Origin: Verrucomicrobiota bacterium
GTDB lineage: Bacteria; Verrucomicrobiota; Verrucomicrobiia; Opitutales; Opitutaceae
NCBI GenBank assembly: GCA_037134835.1
Contig: JBAXLL010000001.1
Coordinates: forward strand, 1 to 34,454
Direction: 5' to 3'
DNA: 34,454 nt
Shown here: piece by piece, positions 19,444 through 28,600 of the stretch
Numbering within the stretch: position 1 is the first letter of the stretch
Layout: each line of letters opens with the position of its first letter
Translations under genes and position numbers: made by a program
The notes under the pieces: model-generated
The model's input: the letters and a program-made list of their open reading frames with translations, nothing else
What the model was told of the DNA's origin: nothing
Databases searched by the model: none

Positions 19444-20310
19444 TTACTTTTTGCCACGCGGCTTGCGGCCGTTGTGGTGAACGAGGATCATGCTGTTCGA
19501 CTGCTTCGAGCGACGGCGGGTGACGAAGCCCTTGGCGAGCTGGCCCCACGGTGACACGAGATGCTGGCGGCCGCCGCCGCCCTTGGACTTGCCCTGACCG
19601 CCACCGTTGGGGTGGTCCACCGGGTTCATCGCCATGCCGCGCACGGTCGGGCGAACGCCCAGCCAGCGCTTGCGGCCGGCCTTACCGAGGGACTGCTGGT
19701 TGTGGTCGCCATTGCCGACGATGCCGATGGTCGCTCTGCAATTGGAGTGAACCAGGCGCAATTCGCCGGAAGGCATCTTGAGCTGCGCCTGGGTGCCCTC
19801 GACGCCAACCAGCTCCAAGGCGGTCCCGGCGGCCCGGGCGACCTGCGCTCCCCGGCCTGGCACCAGCTCAACCGCATGGACTTTTGTGGAAGGCGGAATG
19901 AGCGCGAGCGGGAAATTGTTCCCGACCTTGAAGTCGTTAGTCGTGGCCGTGTTGGAGGTCACGATGGTCGCACCGACCGCTAGACCCTCGGGCGCAAGGA
20001 TATAGTTCTTCACGCCGTTCGCGTAGGCGATGAGCGCAAGATTGGCGGAACGGTTGGGATCATACTCAATGGCCTGCACCCGAGCGGGCAGGTCGAGCAC
20101 CGAGCGCTTGAAATCCACGATGCGGTAAAGCTGCTTGTGGCCGCCACCCTTGTGGCGGGAGGTGATGCGGCCATAGGTGTTACGGCCGCCAGTTTTGTTT
20201 TTGGACTCGGTCAGGGAGCGTTCGGGGCGCTTCTTGGAGAGACCAGCGGCCTTGTTCAGCGCAGTGAAGCGGAGTGAAGGCGTGAGGGGACGGAAGGATT
20301 TGATCGGCAT
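19444..20310 (-). CDS. rplB: 50S ribosomal protein L2
   Basis: GRNTYGRITSRHKGGGHKQLYRIVDFKR...MNPVDHPNGGGQGKSKGGGGRQHLVSPWGQ, 288 aa. Confidence 0.97.
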   Translation of the reverse strand: MPIKSFRPLTPSLRFTALNKAAGLSKKRPERSLTESKNKTGGRNTYGRITSRHKGGGHKQLYRIVDFKRSVLDLPARVQAIEYDPNRSANLALIAYANGVKNYILAPEGLAVGATIVTSNTATTNDFKVGNNFPLALIPPSTKVHAVELVPGRGAQVARAAGTALELVGVEGTQAQLKMPSGELRLVHSNCRATIGIVGNGDHNQQSLGKAGRKRWLGVRPTVRGMAMNPVDHPNGGGQGKSKGGGGRQHLVSPWGQLAKGFVTRRRSKQSNSMILVHHNGRKPRGKK

Positions 20311-20327
20311 GGCGGTGGTTCTCCAGG

Positions 20328-20609
20328 TCAGACGAGCTCGATTTTATCACCCGCCTTGAGCGTGACGATGGCCTTTTTGTACTCCGAGGTCATGCCGGGA
20401 CGGCCGGCGCGGCCCCGCTTGTTCTTGCCCGCACAGTTCATCGTGTTGACGCGGCGCACCGTGACCTTGAAAGTCGTCTCGACGGCCTCGGCGATGGCGT
20501 GCTTGGTGGCCGAGGTGGCCACTTCGAAGGTGTACTGACCGAGTTCGGAAGAAAGCTTGTTGGCCTTTTCCGTGAGACGGACGAGTTTGAGAGTGTGGAC
20601 AGGATGCAT
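20328..20609 (-). CDS. rplW: 50S ribosomal protein L23
   Basis: LKLVRLTEKANKLSSELGQYTFEVATSATKHAIAEAVETTFKVTVRRVNTMN.... The ATG overlaps the rplD stop as TGATG. Confidence 0.94.
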   Translation of the reverse strand: MHPVHTLKLVRLTEKANKLSSELGQYTFEVATSATKHAIAEAVETTFKVTVRRVNTMNCAGKNKRGRAGRPGMTSEYKKAIVTLKAGDKIELV

Positions 20610-21241
20610 CAGTTTTTCCCTCCGTTGACGCGGGCGAGGATGGCGTCGAGCGCCTTGGCGCTGACAATGATTTTTTGGTATTGCGCGAGGTCGAGCGCGT
20701 TGAGCTTGGCCGCCTCCTGCAACGAAACGCGGGAGAGGTTGCGCGCGGCCCGGGTTGTCGTGGCGGCAAACGGCGCATCCACCAATAGCACCTTCCCCGT
20801 GGGGGCGATACGCGTGACGATCTGACCGACGAGCTTGGTCTTCGGCTGGGCCGGGGAGAACTGCTCGATCACCGCGATCTCGCCGGCGCTGGCGCGATCG
20901 AAGAGAGCGCGGCTGAAGGCGAGCGCCTTCACCTTGGCGTTGATCTTCTTGGAAAAATCACGCGGACGAGGGCCAAAGACCACCCCACCACCCGACCACA
21001 AAGGCGAACGGCTGGAGCCGGCACGGGCGCGACCGGAGCCTTTTTGGTTCCACGGCTTTTTGCCGCCACCGCTGACCTCGCCTCGCGTTTTGGTCGAGCG
21101 CGTGCCCTGGCGGTTGTTGGCATTGATGGCGACGATGACTTCCTTCAGGGCCTGCAGGCCTTTGTCACCCTCGAACACGGGCAGACCGAAGTCCTGCTCG
21201 GTGCTCGACGTGCCGTCGGAATTAAAAACAGTGAGTTTCAT
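20609..21241 (-). CDS. rplD: 50S ribosomal protein L4
   Basis: RSTKTRGEVSGGGKKPWNQKGSGRARAGSSRSPLWSGGGVVFGPRPRDF, 210 aa. Confidence 0.96.
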   Translation of the reverse strand: MKLTVFNSDGTSSTEQDFGLPVFEGDKGLQALKEVIVAINANNRQGTRSTKTRGEVSGGGKKPWNQKGSGRARAGSSRSPLWSGGGVVFGPRPRDFSKKINAKVKALAFSRALFDRASAGEIAVIEQFSPAQPKTKLVGQIVTRIAPTGKVLLVDAPFAATTTRAARNLSRVSLQEAAKLNALDLAQYQKIIVSAKALDAILARVNGGKN

Positions 21242-21259
21242 AGGAGCGGGTGCGTCAGA

Positions 21260-21979
21260 TTATTTCTTTGCGGCGGCGGGCTTGGCAGCCGGTTTGGCCG
21301 CGGGCTTGCCGGGGGCCTCGGCCTTCGGCGCGATTACCCTGGGCTGGCCCTTGATGGCCGTGCGCACCACGACGTCGTCGCCGTTGGCGCCAGGGACCGC
21401 CCCCTTGATCAGCAGGAGGTTTTTGTCGGCAATGATTTTGACGACACGCAAATTCTGCACGGTGCTGCTCAGCGTGCCCATGTGACCGGGCATGGACTGG
21501 TTTTTCCAGGAACGGCCGGGCGTCTGCCTCATGCCGATGGAGCCGATGCGACGGTGAAACATCGAGCCGTGCGCGGCAGGACCGCCCGCCACCTTGAAAC
21601 GGCGTACGACCCCTTGGAAACCTTTGCCCTTGGTGACGCCGGACACGTCAATGAACTGACCTTCCTTGAAGGCGGCATCCACGGTGACGACATCACCGAC
21701 CTTGAGGGTGGGTGCGGTCGCGAGCCGGACTTCACCGACGACGCGGGGCGCGGCATCCAGACCGGCCTTCTTCGCATGGCCTAACTCACCGCTCGCGGTG
21801 TTCTTGGTCTTTTTCTTCGCGTAACCGATCTGCACGGCGTTATAGCCGTCGGTGGCGGTGGTCTTGACCTGAATGACGGCACAAGGGCCGGCTTCGACGA
21901 CCGTGACCGGGACCAGGACGTTTTGCGCGTCATAGACCTGGGTCATGCCAATTTTTTTACCGAGGAGTGAGGTGATCAT
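21260..21979 (-). CDS. rplC: 50S ribosomal protein L3, with a PAAKPAAK-type C-terminal tail
   Basis: MITSLLGKKIGMTQVYDAQNVLVPVTVVEAGPC...FQGVVRRFKVAGGPAAHGSMFHRRIGSIGMRQTPGRSWKNQSMPGHMG. Confidence 0.96.
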   Translation of the reverse strand: MITSLLGKKIGMTQVYDAQNVLVPVTVVEAGPCAVIQVKTTATDGYNAVQIGYAKKKTKNTASGELGHAKKAGLDAAPRVVGEVRLATAPTLKVGDVVTVDAAFKEGQFIDVSGVTKGKGFQGVVRRFKVAGGPAAHGSMFHRRIGSIGMRQTPGRSWKNQSMPGHMGTLSSTVQNLRVVKIIADKNLLLIKGAVPGANGDDVVVRTAIKGQPRVIAPKAEAPGKPAAKPAAKPAAAKK

Positions 21980-22070
21980 AGTGCCAAGTGGTATCCGGGT
22001 TGCGGACCGACTTTAGCGAGGGGCCTGGCGGTGCGCGGGGCGCACACAGGCAGCTCGAAAAGATGGAAGG

Positions 22071-22382
22071 TCAGACGTTGATGGTGATGTCCACGCCGGA
22101 CGGGAGGTTGAGTTTTTTGAGTTCGTCCACCGTCTGAGCGGTCGGCTCAATGATGTCGATGAGACGCTTGTGCGTACGCGTCTCAAACTGCTCCATGGAC
22201 TTTTTGTCCACGTGCGGGGAGCGGTTGACGGAAAGCTTGGCGATATGCATCGGCAGCGGGATGGGACCGGAAACGCGGGCGCCCGAGCGCTTCGCCGTCT
22301 CGACGATGTCCTGCGCCGACTGGTCGATGACCCGGTAGTCGAAACCTTGGAGCTTGATGCGAATGCGTTGGCCTTTGGGCAT
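22071..22382 (-). CDS. rpsJ: 30S ribosomal protein S10
   Basis: [44 protein letters not shown].... I prefer the ATG at 22382. The track ORF starts at a TTG 9 nt upstream (22391). Confidence 0.95.
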   Translation of the reverse strand: MPKGQRIRIKLQGFDYRVIDQSAQDIVETAKRSGARVSGPIPLPMHIAKLSVNRSPHVDKKSMEQFETRTHKRLIDIIEPTAQTVDELKKLNLPSGVDITINV

Positions 22383-22400
22383 GGTGGGCAAAGAACGTGG

Positions 22401-24593
22401 TTAGGTACGGGCGGGAGCCTTGGAGGAAGTCTCGACGATTTTGGTCAGCAGGGAGTTCGGTACCTGTTCAAAGTGTGACGGAGTGATCCCGGCGCTGGCC
22501 CGACCCTTCGAGAGTGAACGGATGTCGGTGACGTAGCCAAACAGCATCTCCAGCGGAACCGAAGCGGTGATGATACACGCGCCGGCCTTGTTTTCCATAC
22601 CCTGGATGCTGCCGCGGCGGCGATTGATGTCACCGATCAGATCGCCCTGATATTCTTCGGGCGTGGTGACCTCGACGCCCATGATTGGCTCGAGCAGGAT
22701 CGGACCGGCCTGCTTCATCGCATCCTTAAACGCGAAGATGCCAGCCATCTTGAACGCGAGCTCGGACGAGTCCACCTCGTGGAACGAGCCGTCAAGAATG
22801 CGCACGATCACGTCCACCACCGGATAGCCGGCGACCGTGCCGTTGTTGCACGCCTCCTCGATGCCGGCGATGGAAGGCTTGATAAACTCCTTCGGGATGC
22901 TGCCGCCCACGGTCTCATTGAGCACCTCGACGCCCTTGCCCTTTTCATTCGGCTCAAGCTTGATGACCACGTGACCGTACTGGCCCTTGCCGCCGGACTG
23001 GCGGATAAACTTGCCCTCGCCGCCGGCCGACTTGACCACGGTCTCCCGATAGGCGATCTGCGGTTTGCCGGCGGTGGCCTCGACCTTGAATTCGCGCTTC
23101 ATGCGGTCACGAATGATGTCGAGATGGAGCTCACCCATGCCGGCGAGAATCGTCTGGCCGGTGTCGGTGTCGGTCTTGACCCGGAGCGTCGGATCCTCGG
23201 CCACCAGGCGCTGGAGCGCCGTGCCCATTTTTTCCTGGTCCGCCTTCGAGTTCGGCTCGATGGACATCGAGATGACGGGCTCCGGGAAAGAGGGCGGTTC
23301 CAGCCGGATGTCAAAATCCTCGTCACAGAGCGTGTCGCCCGTGATTACTTCCTTAACGCCGACGACGGCGCAAATGTCACCCGAGTAGGCCACGTCAATT
23401 TCCTCGCGCTCAATGGCTCGCATGAGCACGAGCCGCGACACGCGCTCGCTGCGGCGCGTGCGGGGATTGTAGAGGGACATGCCGCGCTTGAGTTGACCGG
23501 TGTAGACGCGGAAGAACACGAGCCGGCCGACAAACGCATCATTCCAAAGCTTGAATGCCAGGCCCGCGACCTTCCCCTTGTCGTCCACCACGGCCTCGAC
23601 GGTCTTGCCGTCGCTGTCCTGCCCCTGCATGGGCGGAACATCAATCGGGCTGGGCAGATAGTTCACCACGCAGTCCAGCAGACGCTGCACGCCCTTTTTC
23701 TTGAAGGCGGAACCAGGGATGACACCTGTGAATTGGAGCGAGATCGTCGCCTTGCGGACGCCGAGCATCAGCTCCGGGACGGAGATTTCCTCGCCGTTGA
23801 GGTATTTTTCCGCAATCACGTCGTCGTAATCGCAAACGGCCTCAATGAGCTTGTCGCGGTATTCCTTGGCCTGGTCGGCCATCTCCGCCGGAATCGGCAT
23901 CGTCTGCGGATTCATCCCGAGCTGATCGGCCGGATCCTCGGCAAAGGAGTAGGCCACGTTCTGGACGAGATCAATCAGACCCGAAAAATTTTCCTCTTTG
24001 CCGATGGGGATAAAGATCGGATGCGCGTTCGCCTTGAGCTTCTCGCGCATCTCGGAGACCGCGCGGAAAAAGTCGGCCCCCGTGCGATCCATCTTGTTGA
24101 TGAACGCGACGCGGGGAACCTTGTATTTGTTCGCCTGCCGCCAGACCGTCTCGGACTGCGGCTGCACCCCCGCCACCGCACAGAACACGGCGACTGCGCC
24201 ATCGAGGACGCGCAACGAACGCTCCACCTCGGCCGTAAAGTCCACGTGTCCGGGAGTGTCAATGATGTTGATGCGCTGCTTGATCCCCTTCCACGGGCCA
24301 CATGAGGCGTTCCACGCGCAGGAAATGGCCGCAGCGGTAATCGTGATGCCACGCTCACGCTCCTGTTCCATCCAGTCGGTGACGGTTGTCCCCTCATGAA
24401 CTTCGCCCATCTTGTGGACGGCACCGGAGTAGAAGAGGATGCGCTCGGTCGTCGTCGTCTTGCCGGCGTCAATGTGTGCGGCAATGCCGATGTTGCGCGT
24501 CCACTCGAGCGGGAACGGGCGATCCTTGGAATTCACCGGCGAGATCTTCGCTTTGTCGGTGACGACAGTAATCTTGGGTGCAACAGCAGACAT
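22401..24593 (-). CDS. fusA: Translation elongation factor G
   Basis: NIGIAAHIDAGKTTTTERILFYSGAVHKMGEVHEG..., DTPGHVDFTAEVERSLRVLDGAV, FINKMDRTGADF. 730 aa, located between rpsG and rpsJ. Confidence 0.97.
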   Translation of the reverse strand: MSAVAPKITVVTDKAKISPVNSKDRPFPLEWTRNIGIAAHIDAGKTTTTERILFYSGAVHKMGEVHEGTTVTDWMEQERERGITITAAAISCAWNASCGPWKGIKQRINIIDTPGHVDFTAEVERSLRVLDGAVAVFCAVAGVQPQSETVWRQANKYKVPRVAFINKMDRTGADFFRAVSEMREKLKANAHPIFIPIGKEENFSGLIDLVQNVAYSFAEDPADQLGMNPQTMPIPAEMADQAKEYRDKLIEAVCDYDDVIAEKYLNGEEISVPELMLGVRKATISLQFTGVIPGSAFKKKGVQRLLDCVVNYLPSPIDVPPMQGQDSDGKTVEAVVDDKGKVAGLAFKLWNDAFVGRLVFFRVYTGQLKRGMSLYNPRTRRSERVSRLVLMRAIEREEIDVAYSGDICAVVGVKEVITGDTLCDEDFDIRLEPPSFPEPVISMSIEPNSKADQEKMGTALQRLVAEDPTLRVKTDTDTGQTILAGMGELHLDIIRDRMKREFKVEATAGKPQIAYRETVVKSAGGEGKFIRQSGGKGQYGHVVIKLEPNEKGKGVEVLNETVGGSIPKEFIKPSIAGIEEACNNGTVAGYPVVDVIVRILDGSFHEVDSSELAFKMAGIFAFKDAMKQAGPILLEPIMGVEVTTPEEYQGDLIGDINRRRGSIQGMENKAGACIITASVPLEMLFGYVTDIRSLSKGRASAGITPSHFEQVPNSLLTKIVETSSKAPART

Positions 24594-24610
24594 GGCGGAG
24601 AGATGGCAGC

Positions 24611-25084
24611 TTACCAGCGGAGGTGGGCAAAGGCACGGTTCGCCTGCGCCATCTTGTGGGTGTCTTCCTTCTTTTTTACGACCGAACCCGTGTTGTTGTA
24701 AGCATCAACGATCTCAGCGGCGAGAGCGTCCTTCATCGGCAGGCCTTTGCGCGCGCCGGCGGCGCTGACAATCCAGCGCAAGGCCAGCGATTCCTGGCGT
24801 TCGAACGAAATTTCCACCGGCACCTGATAGGTGGCCCCGCCCACACGGCGGCTCTTAACCTCAAGTCTTGGGCGGGCGTTCTCCAAGGCACCGAGGAGCA
24901 AGTCCACCGGATCGCCCTTCTCCAACTTCTCAGAAACTTTTTCAAACGCCCCATAAACGATGCGCTGGGCAATGCTTTTCTTGCCAGACTTCATGATAAT
25001 ATTGACCAGATGCGCGACCAGCGGGCTGCTGTAGCGCATGTCCGGTTCAACGTGACGTTTCTCGGCTCTGTGACGGCGTGACAT
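24611..25084 (-). CDS. rpsG: 30S ribosomal protein S7
   Basis: [50 protein letters not shown]...[12 protein letters not shown]...[13 protein letters not shown]. Confidence 0.97.
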   Translation of the reverse strand: MSRRHRAEKRHVEPDMRYSSPLVAHLVNIIMKSGKKSIAQRIVYGAFEKVSEKLEKGDPVDLLLGALENARPRLEVKSRRVGGATYQVPVEISFERQESLALRWIVSAAGARKGLPMKDALAAEIVDAYNNTGSVVKKKEDTHKMAQANRAFAHLRW

Positions 25085-25119
25085 GACTTAAAAGAATAAA
25101 GGGTTGAAAAACAGACAGC

Positions 25120-25500
25120 TCACTTGGCGGCCTTCGGCCGTTTGACCCCGTATTTGGAGCGGGAGCGACGGCGCTTTTCCACCCCGGTGGCGTCAAGCGT
25201 CCCCCGCACAATGTGATAGCGGACGCCGGGCAAATCCTTCACGCGGCCACCGCGAACCAAGACGATCGAGTGCTCCTGCAAAGAGTGTCCCTCGTCGGGG
25301 ATGTAGGAAATGACTTCACTGCCGTTCGTGAGCCGGACCTTTGCGACCTTGCGGATGGCGGAGTTGGGCTTCTTGGGCGTGCGCGTCATAACCTGCACGC
25401 AAACGCCGCGGCGGAAAGGGTTGCCCGCCAAGGCCGGCGATTTGGACTTCGCAACGATGTTGCGGCGTCCTTTGCGCACAAGTTGGTTGATGGTCGGCAT
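25120..25500 (-). CDS. rpsL: 30S ribosomal protein S12
   Basis: [100 protein letters not shown]. The start is Met21 of the track ORF. Confidence 0.97.
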   Translation of the reverse strand: MPTINQLVRKGRRNIVAKSKSPALAGNPFRRGVCVQVMTRTPKKPNSAIRKVAKVRLTNGSEVISYIPDEGHSLQEHSIVLVRGGRVKDLPGVRYHIVRGTLDATGVEKRRRSRSKYGVKRPKAAK

Positions 25501-25576
25501 ACGAATTGAGAGAGGGAATTGGTGGAAAAGAGGTTGAACGTGAACACCCGCCAACCGCACAGCAAGAACTTTTTGG

Positions 25577-25616
25577 AAAAAAAACGCGGTGCGCCGGCAA
25601 AGTGCCGCCGCACCGC
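25577..25616 (-). terminator. Strong rho-independent terminator closing the pseudopilin cassette, upstream of rpsL
   Basis: The + strand reads aaaaaaaac-GCGGTGCGCCGGC-aaagt-GCCGCCGCACCGC. This is a 13-bp stem with one mismatch and a 5-nt loop. On the minus strand it is followed directly by G-TTTTTTTT. It lies 68 nt after the stop of the 1549-aa gene. Confidence 0.8.
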
Positions 25617-25683
25617 ATGGGAACGAGCCACCGCCACCAGCCCGGGAGAGAAAATTCCGGCCGGATCGGTTCAGTCAAATCCC

Positions 25684-28600
25684 TTAGATTTCGTCCTGGG
25701 TGAGCCAGCGGAACGACACGATACGGAAGCGGCGGCCATAGACCTGATTGACCGGCTCGATGTGGCTCTCCGGAATACTCTGCTCACCGCTGGGATGCAC
25801 GGAAGCAGGATCGCGAGGATCAATGTAGTCGGGGAAACGCTGGACCACGGCCTCAAGCCAAGCCCGCGCCTTGATGTCACGCACCTGATCCACCTTGTCA
25901 GGGTTGGCGTTCAACGGATCAACCGCGTCACCATAGGCACGGATCACAAAGGTATCGGAACGGGCGGACAAGTTTGGCCCGATGGCCTGCAAAATGTCGG
26001 CCTGGGTCAGCCAGCCAGGGATCCCGGTACTGCGCGACAACGCCACACCCTCGCCGGGCGCGGTGACCGTCGTCACCGAGAGCGAGATGGTCGCGTTCGG
26101 AAGCACATCGGCAAATGGCGTAGAATCGGTCTTGCTGGTAGGGATGCCAGACTGGGCTCCATCGCCGCCCATCCTCTCATTGGGTCGCGAAGTAATTGCG
26201 ATCGAGTGCGATCCCGTGTACACATCTTTAAAAATTTGGTTGGGGTCGGTTGTGATATTGATACCCGCCCGGTCAATCGCCATTTGCAATGCCCCTGCCA
26301 CCTCGACGGTGTTTTTCTCATTGCCCAGGTAACCCTTTTCCATCTCAAAATTCCCTTCCAAGCCTTTCATCACGAGATCCTTGATGGCTGAAGTTGTGCC
26401 CGTGATGCCACCGCGATTGATGAAGCTGGCCAAGGAGGGAAATGGGCCGCGCAGCCGGATTTCCTGCACCAGCGTCGTGGCGAGCGCGACAATCTGCGCA
26501 TCGGTGAGCCGACGATAGCCTGCATAGCTGGAAAATGTGTGGGTGGTTTCCTTTTCACCCGCGGTGTAGCGGGATTGCCAGAGGGTGCGGGGGTAGGAAG
26601 TGCCCTTGCCTGTGACCCGGGTCGTGGCATCCTGAATATTGGTCTGGCTATTCATGCCGCTAGCACTGCGGTTGCGCAGGCCGCCCAATACCGCACTCCA
26701 CGCCTCAATGGAGGTGGAGTTGATGTTGAAGGCTCCGTCCACCATCAGGTAGCGGGCCGGCACATATTCCTTGGGAATGTGCAGGCTCGAATTAAAGGCG
26801 TCGGGGGCCGAAGCATTGGCCGGAATGTCACTCGGCCGGTCGTAAAGCGCAAGCTGCTCGTCGGTCGGTGTAACTCCGGCACCATACACCAGCCGTGGAT
26901 TGGCCGAGCGGCCCGTGCCGCCCTTCGCCTGCTTCAGCTGCGGAATACCGGCAAAATAAAACCGGTCCCACAGGGCGGTGTTGAGCAGGTAGGACATGTC
27001 AAAATAGTTGGTGCCCGTAAGACCGTTGGAGGTCGTCTCAGTGATCGTCGCCGCATTGGCGTACCAGATATTGGGCCGGATCTGTTTCGTCATGGTGCGG
27101 GTGACCAAGGGGTGAAACCAAGAATTGCCCACCGCATTGCCTGGCTGGTGCCCGACAAAGGGATATTGGTCGTCAGCCGTAAGGTTGGCATGCTGCAAAA
27201 ACCCAATGGAGAGGACGGGCATGTCCAATTCCGAACTGCGGCGCGGCAGATCAAAGAGCATCGTGCTGTAATTGATCGAACCGCTCAGACTTGAGTTGAA
27301 ATTGGTGTTGTCCGAAGTCGTACTTGTGTATTGGGAGTTGGGTCCCCAGGCCGGGGGCCAATTGTTGAGCATCCGGTCAAGCCCACGGCCGACAGCCGCC
27401 AAGGAGCCAGTCGCCCCGGGGCCTCCGGTGGCATCCAAATACCCGCTTTTATAAGGCGGGACCGGCCCCAAGCCAAGCACCGGGGTGGAAACCCACGGCA
27501 GCGGATGATATTGGGCCTGCAAATTGTAATCAGCAAATGTCCGATAGGCCCCGGTGGCCGCATCCACCGTTTCTGGCACGCCAATCCCCTGATTGACCTT
27601 GTAGTAATCATTAAATATTCTTCCCAAATAGCTGATTGTTATTGAGAAAGGTAGCAATGGCGCAGGCAACTGCAGTTCGGACATGAAACCGCCAATATTA
27701 CCGCCAGCCACTGAGCCCACGCCTTCTCTGATCTTTGTGGTCGTTCCCCGCGGAGCGAAGACTGCATCCGCCCACTCGGCGTTGATGATGGAGGAATAGA
27801 CCTGATGGCCTTTATCTATTTTGCGGTCATTATAATCCCGCAGATAGATACTCGATGCGGCGCCTTTGTTCAAACTGTTCGTAACCGTGACCTCGGTCAT
27901 TTCCGTTGAAACGGTGAAGACCAATTTCTCCCTATCCACTCCATCGACGATGCCAGCTCCGATGGAACTGAGGATGAAATGACTCGTGATTATATTGGGA
28001 GCACCAATGGTGGCGGTAATCAAACGCAGGTATTTTTTATGGGTCGTGTCGGCAAAAGTTTGTGCGGGCGTACTAGGGTCAAGCTGAAACCCGAGGACGC
28101 CGCCAGCGGGGATGGTGATCGGTTGGCCGCCGTTGGTCTCCCGGTCGGCATAATAGATGAACCCCGTCAGCCCGGACGGCTTCTCCGGCTCAATCTGGGG
28201 CAAGGGGTCTAGCCCATTGATATAGGTTCGTTTGGACATCCAACTGTTGGACACCGTGTTGCCTTGCGAATACTGGCCATTGAGAAAAATCGGCATACTG
28301 ACCCGAGCGTTGCCGCCACGAGGATCGGTGAACGAGGCGTCGATATTGACCCGATTAGGATTCCACACCGATCGGATACCCGGCCCCGGCTCTCTAAGCT
28401 TGGGATAACCCGGATTGACCCAAACAAACTCCAAGCCCTTGGGAAAAGTCAGGGCGGCATTGTAGGGATTGCCCACCGCGAAAGCCAACCTGATGTCATA
28501 GCTATAGGTCATCGTCCACGTTTTGATGGAAGGCAATGGATTTTCCAGCGTCGAATTCGGATCGGGCTCCATCTTGACCTCTGGTGGGGCAAAAATGGCC

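Noticed and set aside
22383-22400. I looked for an S10-leader / L4 attenuator upstream of rpsJ.
   Set aside because: Only ~18 nt separate the fusA stop from the rpsJ ATG, which leaves no room for such a leader.
22779-24305. 508-aa plus-strand ORF antisense to fusA. The same applies to 25519-26391 and 26539-27294, antisense to the giant gene.
   Set aside because: These are antisense shadows of strongly supported genes, with no recognisable motifs.
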